Positions 25,401-38,706 of a stretch of DNA of 64,000 bases are shown one piece after another. Each line of letters begins with the position of its first letter. Position 1 is the first letter of the stretch. Origin of the DNA: Amphiscolops sp. MND2022 (taxonomy: Eukaryota); assembly GCA_964187785.1 (NCBI GenBank), contig CAXLNC010000888.1, positions 1 through 64,000 of the forward strand, read 5' to 3'. Made by a program: the position numbers and the translations under genes. The notes beneath the pieces were generated by a model. The model was not told where the DNA came from and ran no database searches. It worked only from the letters and a program-made list of their open reading frames with translations.

Positions 25401-28380
25401 CAAAAGGCCGACAGGGCTATACTGAGTCAGACTTTCTCTATAGGCAAACGTCCTGTTGGCGAAATTGTAGGCTATCATTTCCAAGGAACGTTGGCCCACC
25501 ATTTGGAGACAATGATAGGCCTGCGAGCAATCAAGCTTGCAGAGGATTTTTTTACGGCCATATGTTGCGGGGCGTCCATCAGCGTACTAACTGGGTGAAT
25601 ATTGTTAATATAATCATCTAAGATGTGTATGTTAATCCTTTTCAGGTAGACTAGGAGTCTTAGCTTCCCATTGGGCTGTTTCTGCGCAAAGATAGGTCTT
25701 GCAATCTTTGAGAACGGTAATGTTCTGATAATATCATTTTTTCGAAGTAATGCATGTTCACTAGTATGTCCACCTTCAAGTTGACTGGCGTTGGTAAGCT
25801 TTGACTATATGCAGGTGAATCGTCCTTCGGTGTCAATTTGACTGTGAATTTGTCATTCAATGCAATGTCAAACCTAATAAGGGCGAAAATGTCATGAAAT
25901 TCGACCAGAAGTGATTCGATTTTCTTCATTTCGTGTTGTTGTAGCATCGAGTCCTTCCAACCAAAATTCCCAAAGAAATTTTGTCGAGATTCTGCATTGC
26001 CCTGCATCTTCAATTTTTTCGCTTCTTGTAGTGATCATGACTCCTGTAAAATCCGTTTTTGTATTGGCGTGTGAGGCTCTTCGTCTCGTGATTTTTCAGG
26101 TGTCGGGAACCAATATGTTCAAACTGGTCGTTGTTTCTAATCGCTTTAAGGAGACTGCTGACGTAATAGATCGCAATTTCCTCATTGTCGTTCAGTAGAT
26201 GCCAGTGGGGCACTGGGTCTCCTGGTTTGACGTTTTTCATTTGTTTCGGTGTCTTTACGGAAAAGTTCGCACTGTGAGGACCTTTTCTGAGTTTGTAGGG
26301 GTTGTCAGTGAAGTTGTTGATTGGTATCCCCTTTGTCCCTTCTAAAAAGGTGACTATTGTATGTTACACCACCTTCGTCATTCAGGATGTCGCTGGGTTG
26401 CAAAAAATTCCTGAAACTGCATTTTTAGAATGTAAATGTCATTTTATGAGGTTGACCGTTCGGTCATTTGGAGGTATGGTGACATCCTCAGGGCACATGA
26501 TGAGTTCCAAAATTTTCGAGTATTTGTGGTCAGGCGTTTTTGTTTGCATCGAGAAGTATGGGAAGTTCATGATGCCTTGTCTCACGTACAAGACGGCGTT
26601 GTTCCTCTGCACTAACATCAGTTCTATGATTGCGCCAGTGAATTTTTCCATCACTTTTGTGAAACTCAATGTCACCAACCACGAATTCAATTCAACGGTG
26701 CTTATCGGAGTTTGTAGTTGACCTTTTGCGACCACGATTTGGAAGGTTGCATCTAGACCCTCCTTCACAATGGATTGTGAGTCTAGAAGGCGTTTTTTTG
26801 AGGTCAGCCTCTGGTATCGCACTTGAAAGGGCCGTGTCTTTGACTCCATCAACGGTCAATTCTCCGAAATCCTTCGGGAAATATAACACTCGTCGTTTGT
26901 ATTTACGTCCAAGGTTTGTTGATGGGGGTACATATTGTGGCTCGCCTTCTTTTGCGACTAGAAGATGGAGGAAGACCTTTTCGTCGAAAAGGTCATCTTC
27001 GGCCTGCGGTTCGTCCTCATATTGGCATCTCTGTGTTTCTTCTGGGGCACTAGTTTCAGGGTTTGGCTGCCAAAGCTCAAGGAGGGAGGGCCCGGGATAT
27101 CTTATTGTCCTCTATCACGGGTTCGTCCTCGTCATCTCTTGGGGGGTAGTCATCACGGCCGAATTGTAAGTTTGTTTTGTCATATAAAGAATCGTCCCTG
27201 TACGGATCTTTTTCGTATTCGTGGTCAACATAATGAGGGTTTAAGTCTTGAATCATTTGTAAAGGGTAAAATTGGGCCACAAAGTTGTCAGTATAGTCCA
27301 TGAAGCATTACGGTTCTGAGCAGTCACTATGTACTATTTTATAAATTTTGATACGACCGTTTTCCATCTGTTGATGCCAGACGATTGATGGTGTTCCTGT
27401 GTTGAGCTTGTTCAAGAATTATTACAACCGAATCAGATATGACATTCTGTCGTATCGACATTCGGTCACATATTTGGAGTTGTGGCAAATTTCGTTTTTT
27501 CAGTAAGGCTACCTGAGAGTTTATAGGCCTGAGTTAGGTGTTTCTGCAGTATTGACCTTCTTGGACGTTCCTTCATCACTGGAAGCGTCGTTGGCTTTGT
27601 CATCTGGTCGGATCCTCTTAGGACGTGGAGGGCCCCAACACCTTCCAGCATGTCTCTGCAGGGTAATTCCTTGTCCCGCAGGTTGGTTATGTTGGGCGCT
27701 GTTGCTTTTTGTCATTCTTGTCCACCATTTCTATTTTCTTTTTCAATTTCGGACAACTTTTCCAAAAGTGGTCATTGCAGTATTTGCATTGGACATTTTT
27801 GTTTTTGTCAATTCCATTGGACAGCAAGTTGCGGCTCCTTGTGGACGGCGATGTCATTGTCGCTATTGTTTGCATTGGTACAGTATTTGCATTGGACATT
27901 TTTCTTTTTGTCAATTCCATTGGACAGCAAAATGCGGCTGCTTGTGGACGGCGATGTCATTGTCGCTATTGTTAGATCGTCCGACTTTTCCAATGAATTG
28001 AGTTCTAATTCTCTTTCGAGATGAGCTACAATCTTTTTATGTGTTCCGTTCTCCTGACGGGCCATGTTGACTGATCGTTTCAACTTTGGTGGGAGTTTAT
28101 TGTGCAACAAACTGACAATCATGCTTTTCGCATTTTCTTCAAAAGTTTTTTCGACTCCTTGATTGAGATCTTCGAGAAAGTCTGGCAATTGCGTGGTATT
28201 AGGGTCAAAAATGAGGCTATGCCAGTTTTGTTTTGCAGTGGCTTGTGATTCCGGTTTTACACATCTCCTCCGGAATATGATCAGCACGTCCACCAGAGTC
28301 TGGTGGTTTAATGAGTTTATGTTCCTAAATGTCTGCAATGCTCCCTTTCTCAGCAATGAGTGGGAGTGATTAATTTTCAC
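22465..28380 (-). mobile_element. Degenerate Ty3/gypsy element, family B (gag-PR-RT-RH-IN), with putative PPT 22698-22707 and 3' LTR 22465-22697
   Basis: gag at 27808..28380 (QATAKQNWHSLIFDP, LPPKLKRSVNMAR). Protease remnant VKDT-ALSSAIPE at ~26850. RT AYNFANRTFAY and KIDDIGIA (YxDD site 25334-25345). RH ILTDNKS at ~24780. IN CCEKC, TDVFSRYLFAYP, ITDEGSTF, IGKLERM. Many stops and shifts. PPT GGGAGGGAAA; LTR end ...TGTACA. Confidence 0.9.
27778..27973. repeat. 93 bp imperfect direct duplication (period 103) inside gag
   Basis: cagtatttgcattggacattttt...gtcattgtcgctattgtt at 27778-27870 and 27881-27973. Confidence 0.9.
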
Positions 28381-28854
28381 TTGTTATTTTTCAATAAAAT
28401 TTTCACTTTATCCACCAATGACGATAATGTTTTTCGCTTACAGAAAATTCAAAAAAAGCTATAATCATATATGGGTTTCTCAAAACTGAATGTTTTGCCC
28501 GATCTTAACCCTAATTGACCCGGTTTTATGCAAATTTTCAAAACAATTGATTGAAAATTTTGAATCATCAATACCTCCACAACTACCCGTAACCGAGAAA
28601 TGAACTACAGCGCGTTTGAAAGGTCTGGTAATAGACTTTCATTTTGGTCAGGTGAGCCCCTGTCACCGTGCGCCCCCTCCTTCAGAAATCTAGTTTCTTT
28701 TTCCGGTACCGCGGTCTACTGCGCGGGGTCTTGTACTAACAACAGAAGAATATTAAAGTACTCGTTTCTTGGTTTAAGAATTGTTACAGGACTTCAGATT
28801 TTATGATTGGATGGCGAAATTACTTTAAGAAGACGCTAACTGAACCTGCAGTAT

Positions 28855-30690
28855 CGTTGTGTTAGGTTATATATTAGATAATTAGTTTACAGTGTAAGGT
28901 ATGGTATTGAATTTAAATTAGAAACATCAGCATTCAAGATATATATTCTAAGTCTAGACATTCAACAAATAAGTGGGGAGGGGATGATCGAATGTAAGAT
29001 TATAGGTATATCATCTAGTCGGGTTTTCAAAAAAAAGAAAGATATTTTACATTTAGGAGTAACATAAAGAGGGGTCGATGAGATGCACATATGAATGTCT
29101 GAGGTTGTTTCAATAGATTTGAGGCGTTTCAATATGATGAGAGAGTCGATTTTTAAGCTTTTGAAGAATTGGTGAGATTGTAAAAAGTAGTTTTTTTCAG
29201 AGGTCAAAATTAAGTTGCAAGTTAAAGTTTTATCAAGTTGTGTATAATCATTCTTTCCTTTTGTGAGGTTCGTGCAAATATGCGATTTTTAGCTTAAGAC
29301 AGATAAAGAGAACGGAGTTGGAGTGGAGTTAAAAAGTTGTAGGAATTTGAATTTTAGATTTGAATGCCATAAATTTGAATTCTTAGAATTCGAAATTTTG
29401 AAATGTTATGCAATTTTAGCTTTGTATGTTCCGTGGGGCTGCTGAAAAAAGGAACAATTGAAAGTGATTTACAAATGAAAGAGTAGCGGAAAAAACGAAA
29501 AGTGGTGTGAAAAGAGCAAGTGAAGAAGGGCGACAGCCTTGTTGACAAACATGAAGCGTGATGTAGACGAAGATTCCTCGTTTTCATTCAAATTAAGCAT
29601 TATCTTAGGCGTCTTTTTCTGAACAACAAAAATAAATTTTATTTTGGAGGTTCAGCGGCCAGACGGCGGCGTGATCAAAGTCAAAAAAAATTAAAAACTA
29701 ATCAGATATTAGTCACCATTTTGTTCAGAATTTAATCACATGTGGCGGGTAAAAAGTGTTGAAATTTTTTTTTGTGATACTAAAATCAAAAACGTCATTC
29801 CAGAATAAGTCAATACTTGAGGTGAATAACCGTTCGATTGTGAACTAGGAGGAGTAGATTTGAAAAGTGTGTTAGAACTGAAGGTATTTAGGAGTAAAGT
29901 TGTTTGAAGATTGGATAAAAAAAGAGTTGTAGTTGAAACCTTAATTAAAATTGAGAAAAGTTTAAAATGTTGTGGAAAATTTTACATGAGCATGCGAGCA
30001 GATGTGACGAACAATTTTCGGCAAATTGACTCGCAAATTGACTCGAGACTTGCAACAACAGAAGCCTCTTCAGTCAGAAGGAGAACAGCATCTTCATGCA
30101 GAAGGGGAAGAGGCGCAGAAGCAGACTGCTGAGCACTGAAGGTGGCATTGGAGAGCATGGAAGATATTGGTGATAGTGCTGACAAAGAGGAGGAAGAAGT
30201 TGTAGCTACTGTTGCTGTGGACAGCAGAGTGGATGTGGGTAAAGAGAAAGTGGATGATGTTGAAGAGACCGGCGCTGACAGAAGAGAGTCCAGCATGCGG
30301 TTGAAATTGGGTATTCCATTGTGGAAGGAGGATAAGGAGTTGAAGAAGAGAGAGATATCATGATTTGAAGAAGAAAATGGGTGATAACTAAAACGAACTT
30401 TTAGACTAATATTGTTGAATATGTATTTTTTTGTCGAGTGGGTGTTTAAAATGTGTTTGTGTTGTGTTGTGATTAATTTTATTGATAGGAGACAGGATGA
30501 AGAGGCAACGGTACGAATGGAGTACTAGGAGATCCAAGATTAATTCTTAGTCTTGTGATATCCGTAACGTTTTTATGGACTGGCTATGAGTATGTGACAA
30601 CAGAGCAAGGTTGGGAAGAGTCAGTACTCAAAATTTATTTGTATGAATATTTTGTGAGAATTCAAAGTCTTTTTTGGCAGAACAATGTGA
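28855..30690 (-). mobile_element. Inverted 3' fragment (S/T-rich ORF, 3' UTR, PPT 29251-29262, LTR 28855-29250) of the env-bearing family
   Basis: Reverse complement aligns to ~34240-36868 at roughly 80-85% by eye, with internal deletions. AAAAGGAAAGAA|TGATTATACACAAC. Confidence 0.88.
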
Positions 30691-31750
30691 CAAAGTCTCC
30701 AGTCAACTCATTTCTGGTAATCTCGTTCATAATCAAAGTAAATTCATTTTTCATGCTTTAAACTCCTCCAACTATTTTGCTACTATATTTTATGAAGCGC
30801 ATTTAAACACTAAAAATGATTACTCTATCAACCATGTTTTTAAAACAATGTCAGTGGTTGAACTCAACACCCTTCACACTCTTTGTGAAGTAGAAAGAAC
30901 TCAACATTTAACCATATTCGCAATGTCTTCAAAATCCACAACTTGCTGCTTTTCTCCAATCTCAAAACCGTAGCAACTTTTTATATGTCGAAGGCTCAAC
31001 TGCCTGGCTCTATGATTGTCCTCGCCACCTCTCTCCTCTATATACAGCTGAACAATGCTTTGACAAAGTCCTTTTCAATTATCTTGACACTGTCATGTAT
31101 GTCGACCCTTATACTCGTCAAACTTTTGAATACGCTAACCAAATACCATGTGAAAACAACCCACAAAATGTTATTGCTCTCGACCATGACACAGAACAAT
31201 ATTATGTTCTAACTTCACAACCTGTTAAAAAAGGTCCTCCTCATTTCTTTGAACCTACTCAACTTCAAACGCTATTAGCCCCAACACCTTTACTGTCCAA
31301 GATATTTCTTTATTTTCCACATCTATTTTTTCCGCGAAAGAACTCAAACATTTTTGGATTTGTGATCTTTTCACTAAACATTCAGATGATGCCTCCCAAC
31401 TCCTTGGTAAGGCTATGAGCTATGAATTCATTAGTAGGCAAACCCCTGAATTTTTTCCAAAAACTCCTTATAAATCTATTAGAATTGGCCTCCATGATTT
31501 TATGTTAAACTTAACTCCCTTTTTACACCTGAATGGTTCACTGATGCTTTCCTTAAACTTTTTGGTTATATATTTTATATTTTAACCCAAAATGGAATTT
31601 ATTATTTTTCCACTACACTTTTTCGTCAATTCGCATCCAACACAACCTTTAGTTTATACTGCTCCATCACAGTTACTAAAAACTTTGAAAACGAATATCT
31701 CTCCTTTCTGCTTTTGGTTATGAATTTTTGGAACTGTAACCAAAACAAGG
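30690..31750 (+). pseudogene. env: C-terminal half of the class III-like env, copy B (frameshifted)
   Basis: NYFATIFYEAHLNTKNDYSINHVFKTMSVVELNTLHTLCEVERTQHL, NRSNFLYVEGSTAWLYDCPRHLSPLY, YVDPYTRQTFEYANQIPCENNPQN and GLHDFMLNLTPFFTPEWFTDAFLKLFGY align with copy A. Confidence 0.88.
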
Positions 31751-32639
31751 ATGACCGCTATGAAAAAACCCTCCGAATCTATCTCTGACTCTGAATATTT
31801 TGATACACCTCCTCATGGTAAATCCAATACTAATCACCTATTAAAACATTCTAATAACACTAAATACAAATCTGATATCAAATTCAAAATTGTCCAAAGA
31901 CATCATGCAAAGATCTTCACCAAAAAAGTATCCTTCTATCAATAAAATCTCTCCACCTTACCCTTTTTACCATTCCACAATTAATCGAACATATTTCACC
32001 CCCTCCTCCTAACTATAATTTACATAATAACTTTCCTAATAATCGTTAACCTCGTCACTCACAATTACCTTCATTGTCTTTTCTCATTGTACCTCCTTAT
32101 ACCAATAATTCTATTTGCCCTGAAGATACTAATTTTGACAACACCTCTACTTATTCTCCCATACACAAGGTATGACAATCAACCAAAAATTGCCCTCCTA
32201 CTCCACTTCCTGACATCTCACTAACTTCTGTCAATAGTATATTCAATCAACCTGCAATCCCATTAAAATTCATTCATTGTGCCGCTTGCCACCTGAATAA
32301 AGATAAGCCCTTTTTTCCTTCAAATATTTCATCACTTCTCTCGCTTTTTGCCCATTGTTCAGTCGTTTCTTCGGAATCACTAAATCTCATTTTCATTTCT
32401 CCAAACTTTCGTACCAATTTTTCATCAACTTTTTTATCACTTCGTCTTTTATACTTGTCTTGTTATGAAATGCCTATAATCTTTTAAACACATAACATTC
32501 TCATCACTCTCTCTACTCATACTATCACCTCGTTTCATTACAATATTGAACTGTTATAATTCCTAAAAGTTTTTACACTTTAAAACATAAAACCCAAAAT
32601 ACATTTTCTGTCATCCAAAATTATTTCTGACCCAAAATT

Positions 32640-33463
32640 AATGACCTCCCCTACCCATGATGAGGAGCTCCTTTCCACCGTTTTAAAACCAATCTCCAGC
32701 CTCTATTTATAAATCCTAGTACATATGAATTTAGATTTCCAGAACACAGCACTTTCGATCACTTTCTGGCAAAATAAATGCATTCGCTTCTTTCAATTTC
32801 AATTCAAACTTTTGAAGCCCACTCAACATGATCTTAACACTAATCCCATTGATAAAACTACTGCTCTTTCTGTTAAAAAAACTCCACCACCAAGCATACC
32901 AACTCTTTGTTGAACAAAAACATCCAAAGAAGTTCCTATTTCATCAACTTTACTTTACCTTTCTCGTACCTCTCTCACTATTCTTTAAAACATCGGTACA
33001 CAAATGGCACTATTTGTAACTATGACCCAGATAAACAATATTTTGTTCTCACCTCATATCATGGTCTAACTCGACCTCTTTTTGTTCCACAAGAGGCTCT
33101 TTACTTGAAAGACGATTTCTTACTACAAACTCATGTTCCAACCAGTCAACCAGTGTTGCAAACTCCTTCTCAAAAATGAATAAATCATCGAAAGCTCCTC
33201 GCGATGATCACTCTCGCTCTCTCTACACTTCATTAGTTCAAAAACAATACTCAATTGCACAAAAAAACTTCATCATTGCTAAACGTTCCTCCTTTATTCT
33301 GAAAAAAAAACAATACAAGTACTTTCCGGACACCACCAATATTCCTGGAGAAACAACAAAAACTTTTGATAAACATGTTCTTCCTATAAATCTTGAACTC
33401 TCTACCGTTACTCCTCCAACTTTTAAAAACAACCTCCTCTGTCGTATGTTCTTACAACTGTAA
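32640..33463 (+). pseudogene. ORF3 homolog, copy B (fragmented)
   Basis: See motifs listed for 6808-8016. Also LYTSLVQKQYS vs HYTALYKQSYS. Confidence 0.8.
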
Positions 33464-34579
33464 ACCCAAATGTGTACATAAACTCAATCTCTTGCCCGAC
33501 AGACAAATTCATTACTGAGATTTTAAATCTTCTCCGCCCACATGTTGAACACTCTCCTAATACTGACCCCTTCGTCATCTTTTATCATATTTTTGGTACC
33601 TATCAAAATCTTCAAAACCTTCTCCAATATCATAGTACTGATATTCAAACCTTAACTCTATCTACCATTCATGTCAATGACTTTCGCAAAAAAAGTGTGG
33701 TTCTTGAAATTTCTACTCGTATTCAACTTCTCGAACTTTCCTCCTCTTCATCTTCACTTGTCCTTTTTAAACTTTCACTCCTCCTCAAATTTCACTCCCA
33801 ATGTAGACACAAAAGACACAAAAAAAGTTTTTCTCAAAAGTCTTTTACAAACATTTTCCAAAACATCTTTTCAAAATTCCATCTTTGAAGAATTTTTTTT
33901 CATCAAATTTGACAGCTTTTCTCCTATCGTAAATTGCTATTTCATACACTATTCACTTCTTTAAAAATGCAAACTTTATAATTTCTCGTATTGTCTAAAT
34001 TGTATGTCTAAATTGACATCTTTCGAAATTTTGATGGTCATTCTAACAATTTGACATTTTGATCTCATTTCTTTTGTTTCAATCTTTTCCTGTTTTATTT
34101 TCATCACCTTTTCACCTTTCTCATATCAAAGTAACATAGTCTCCTTTCATTGCAAAATTATTTTCCATTTTCTAGTTCTCTTTTGCTTCACTCTCACTCA
34201 AGCACCTGGGTTGAATAGCAGCGTAAAAAGAATCGTAATTGGCTCCAAGAAAAATCTGTTTAAAAAAATCTTTGAATTCTCACAAAGTTTTTTCACAAAT
34301 AAATTTAAAGTATTGAATCTTTCCAACATTACTCTGTTGTCATATACTCATAGTCAGTCCATAAAAACATTGCGGATTTCACAAGACTAAGAGTTAATCT
34401 TGGATCTCCTAACACTCCATTCGTACCTTTGCTCCTCATAATTCTACCTCCTATCAATACTTTCAATCACAACACGACACAAACACATTTTAAACTCCAC
34501 TGGACAAAAAAATAAATATACTACAACAGTAATCAAAAAGTTTGTTTTAGTTATCACCCGTTTTCTTCTTCAGATCAAG

Positions 34580-35405
34580 ACATCTCTTTCTTCTTCAACT
34601 CTTTATCCTACTTCCACACTGGCATACCGCAATCTAAACCGCATGCTGGACTCTCTTCTGTCAGTGCCAGTCTCTTCAACATCATCCACGTTCTCTTTAC
34701 CCATATCCACTGTGCTGTCCACAACATCAGTAACTACAACTTCTTCCTCCTCTTTGTCAGCACTACCACCAACATCTTCCATGTTGTTCAATGCCACCTT
34801 CAGTGCTCAGGAGTCTGCTTCTGCGCCGTGTCCACTACTGCCTGAAAATGCTGTCGCCACTTCGTCACAACTGCAACAATTTTCGGCAGTTCGCGAATTG
34901 ACTCGAGACTTGCAACAACAGAAGCCTCGTCACCCCAAACGACAACAGATCCCTCCTGGTGAAGCTGGCACACCCACAAAGCGCATAGTCCACGCAGCTG
35001 CGTACAAAATGAACCAACATAACGAAGCTCTCAATCATTATTAACAATATTTTGATCAACTGCTCTAAAAAACAAACCGCTGAACTAACACTTAATAATG
35101 TCGATACTATTGTAAATAGTTTTCAAACACCCTCCAAATTAGCCAAATTTAAAACTCTTTTTTACAATCCCCCCTCATATCACCACTCCCTGTTCACATT
35201 CCACTCAATAATTGTCATAATTGCTTTCAGTGCTATCCCCATCGTTGTTCACATCTTCTCCATAATTACTGTAATTATTCATCTTTTCCCCTACCTCCTG
35301 CATCCCAGCCGCGCAACCCCATTAAAACAGAACCGCTTACGCTCCCACTCCAGTGAATTCTTTAAATACCCTAACTCCCTAAATCACATCCCCTCAAGAT
35401 GTTGA
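34580..35405 (+). pseudogene. Ser/Thr-rich accessory ORF4 (homolog on minus strand at 29982..30360)
   Basis: MLDSLLSVPVSSTSSTFSLPIST vs MLDSLLSAPVSSTSSTFSLPTST. The opposite strand is also partly open, so coding strand is inferred from element polarity. Confidence 0.5.
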
Positions 35406-36465
35406 CCAATATTAATTTCATGCCATGTAAAATAAACTCCAATTCTCATGTGCTTCAACTTTTTCTCTATTAGTACGATTTCACTTTTCAACCCCATGTT
35501 TTCTTCGTCTTGTAACGTTCTTTCAAATTTATAACCATATGACCTTCTCCCTTCCTTTTATAGCCGACATTTTTCAAAGAAAATGAAAAAATATCGCTTT
35601 TTTCCAATGTAAATTTTGAAATATTCTGCCCTATAACTTCAATTCTACGCGCTACCTTTTCGCTTTCATCTTTTTAGCAGCTCTCCTCTACTCTTTACTT
35701 GCCCCTCATGTGGAGCTATCCACAACACTTTTACTTTTCTCCTTTATAATTAACTTTTTTTAACCACAACTCCATTTTTTCACCCAAACTCCAAAAAATT
35801 TTCAAATTTACTCCTAAATAACTTCAGTTCTAACACACTTTTTATTTTCAAATCTACTCCTCCTAGTTCATAAATGAAAGTTCACTCACCTCAAGTTTTG
35901 ACGTCTACTCAAATTACGGTTTTGATCTTCGTATTACAATGAAATATATATTTTCAAAACTTTTTACCCTCCACTTATGATTAAATTCTGAACAAAATGG
36001 TGACTAATACCTGATTAGTTTTTGAACTTTCTTGACTTTGATCACGACGCCTACTGGCCGCTGAAGCTCCAAAATCAAATTTTATTTTCGTTGTAGAGAA
36101 AAAGACGCCTAAGATTAATGCTTGATTTGATATGAAAACGAGGAACCTTCGTCTACATCACGCTTCATGTTTGTCAACAAGGCTGTCGCCCTTCTTCACT
36201 TGCTCTTTTCACACCACTCTTTCGTTTGTCAATCACTTTCAATTGTTCCTTTTTTCAACAGTCCCACGGAACATACCAAGCTAAAATTGCATAACAACTC
36301 GATGTTTTAAATTTTAAAATTTCAAAATTATGACATGTAAATCTGAAAATATTCAAAACCTTACGTTTTTTTACTCCACTCCAACTCAATTTACAATTTA
36401 ACACCCAACTCCGATCTCTTAATCTGTCTCAGGCTAAAAATTGCATATTTGCCCGACACTCACGT

Positions 36466-36868
36466 AAGGGAAGAATGATTATACACAACTTGATAAAACT
36501 TTAACATGCCATTTAATGTTGACCTCTGGTAAAAAAACTAATTTTTACATTCTCTCCAATTCTTCAAAACCCTAGAAACCAACTCTCTCATCATATTAAA
36601 ATGCCTCAAATCTTTCAAAACAACCTCAGACTTTCATATGTACATCTCATCGACCCCTCTTCATGTTACTCACTAGTTGTAAAATAACTTTTTTTTCAAA
36701 ACCCGGTCGGATGATATACCTATAATCTTAAAATTGATCATCCCCTCTCCACTCATTTGTTGAATGTCTAGACTTTGATTGTGTATTTTGAATGCCGATT
36801 CATTTACCTTATTTTCAATACCATACCTTTTCACTGTAAGCTAAACTAATATATAACCCAACACAACG
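36466..36868 (+). repeat. PPT plus putative 3' LTR (starts TG at 36476) of copy B
   Basis: Purine tract then TG in both paralogs. Homology with 28855-29262 stops at ...aacacaacg (36868). A canonical CA end could not be fixed. Confidence 0.6.
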
Positions 36869-37733
36869 TTATTAAAGTCTTCGTCATCAAGTTGTCTTCC
36901 CTTTTTAGAGACCTTTTTTTCAACTCTCAATGCTATCGAAATTGGAACTAAAACCATTTAGAAACGAACTTAGTTGTAAAATGCATAGTTTCTAAGTTTG
37001 TTTATTTTGATCTCAGATTTTTCAAACGAAAATGTTTGTAACCAACATTAAATGATATTAAAGTTTTACAGTTTTACAGTTTTCGAAAAGACTCTTTTCT
37101 TCAGAAGATTTTGTTGTCTTTGATTGAATCCATATCAATTTTAACATTCAAAGGTCTAATTTTTTTATTACAGTATTACATCAACCAAGTGACTAAGTTG
37201 AATGTTTGTCTCACCTATCAAATATTTGTCATGCCATTAAACACAACCTTCGTGAATAGTGAAACAATTTTCACGATAAGTCACTAAGAATTTTGATCCA
37301 AATTTTCTGCGTTGAATTTTTTGTTGAAATTTCACTCGTTTGTTTTTTTTGTCTTGTTTCTTCTTGTGTTGGATGTTTCCTGTATTTGGAACAAGAAAAA
37401 ATCTATAGTTTTGTTCTGAAAGCAGTGGAAACTTAAAAGTGGTCATGTTCGCCTGATTTGCATTCCCTGGTCGAAGTTGCCGCGAAGTTATACAGGCACC
37501 TTCAAAATGCCGGCTAAGTTTTTTTATAAAACATGGAAAATTCAGGGACCATGCATAGAAACTTTTTGTATGATTTCTATGCAGCTTATTAAATTTGAGT
37601 TAAAACTGGAAACATTTCTACTTCTTCACCACCGCGATTACATTGTTTTCACGCGTAAGTTTCTCAAGTAAGTACTTTATGTAAACACCTTTAGCCAAAT
37701 AGCACGATGAATATGAAGCTACTTTGAAACTTA

Positions 37734-38399
37734 CAGTGGTGTGAAGAAAGAATGCGACTTAGCTGCTCAAAAAGGCTAATTTTGCCATCTCATATCTCCA
37801 AAACTATTCGAAATGGTTCGATTTGGTAAAAACAATGGTTTCTTGAGTTTTTGCTATGAATACAATGGTTTTTGTTTGAAATTTTGTTTCTGAAGTTAGA
37901 AACATGTGATTTTGAACGCAAAATATTCAAAAATGTTAGTTTTTGAGGAAAAATCAGTGATCCAATAAATACTTTTTGATAAATTTTGCCTTGCAGATAG
38001 ACTCAAATCTCTCGAAAAACGAAAATGAAATTTGATTTTGGATCTATTTGGAAAATGTATATTGGTGGGAGTTTTACCAAGTGTGAGTCTGGAATTCCTA
38101 TGTTAATACATGTATTTCCAATTTTACTCAACGAAAAAGTATTCCCATTTTTGTTTTCTTGGTGATTTCCACAAACAAAAACTATCATGGGATTGAAAAA
38201 ATCACAGAATTTTTTTGGTATAATTTTCATGTAAAAATTATCCCCGAAAGACGGTAAAATATTGAAAATACTGATTTTTGCGAGCGATCGAGGCTTGTTA
38301 AACCAATAAGATTAGAGCTGCGAGGCTTTGTGAACCAATCACATTAGAGAATTCTTTGCTTTCTGAGCAACTAAGTCGCATTCTTTCTTCACACCACTG
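37734..38399. mobile_element. Non-autonomous Tc1/mariner-type MITE (666 bp)
   Basis: TIR CAGTGGTGTGAAGAAAGAATGCGACTTAG: 29 bp perfect, ~40 bp with 2 mismatches. TA on both flanks (37732-33, 38400-01). Confidence 0.92.
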
Positions 38400-38706
38400 T
38401 ATAATGTGACTGAAAATTATTTGCATTGGAAATTGATGAAAGTCTCACCTGCTTTCAAAACTAGAACAGCGTCTTCATGAAACCTGCAAAACTTTGCGGC
38501 GGAGTATTGCCGCCAAATTTAGGATGCATCTTATAGGCAGCTTGATAAATTTAAATTGCATCAGTGATGTTTTAATGCGTGGACGTTTCCTTGAGAATTA
38601 TATACAATAATTAAAAATTACCTTGGTAACCTACAACAACTTGTAAAAAGTTCGAGCAGTTCCAAACAGAGTTATATTGAATAACCACAAACTAAATTGA
38701 TCATAC

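Larger units (their letters stand above)
30690..36868 (+). mobile_element. Env-bearing gypsy family, copy B: 3' half (env C-terminus, ORF3, S/T-rich ORF4, PPT, LTR)
   Basis: env and ORF3 homologs in the same order as copy A. PPT AAGGGAAGAA at 36466-36475 is followed by TGATTATACACAAC. Confidence 0.85.
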
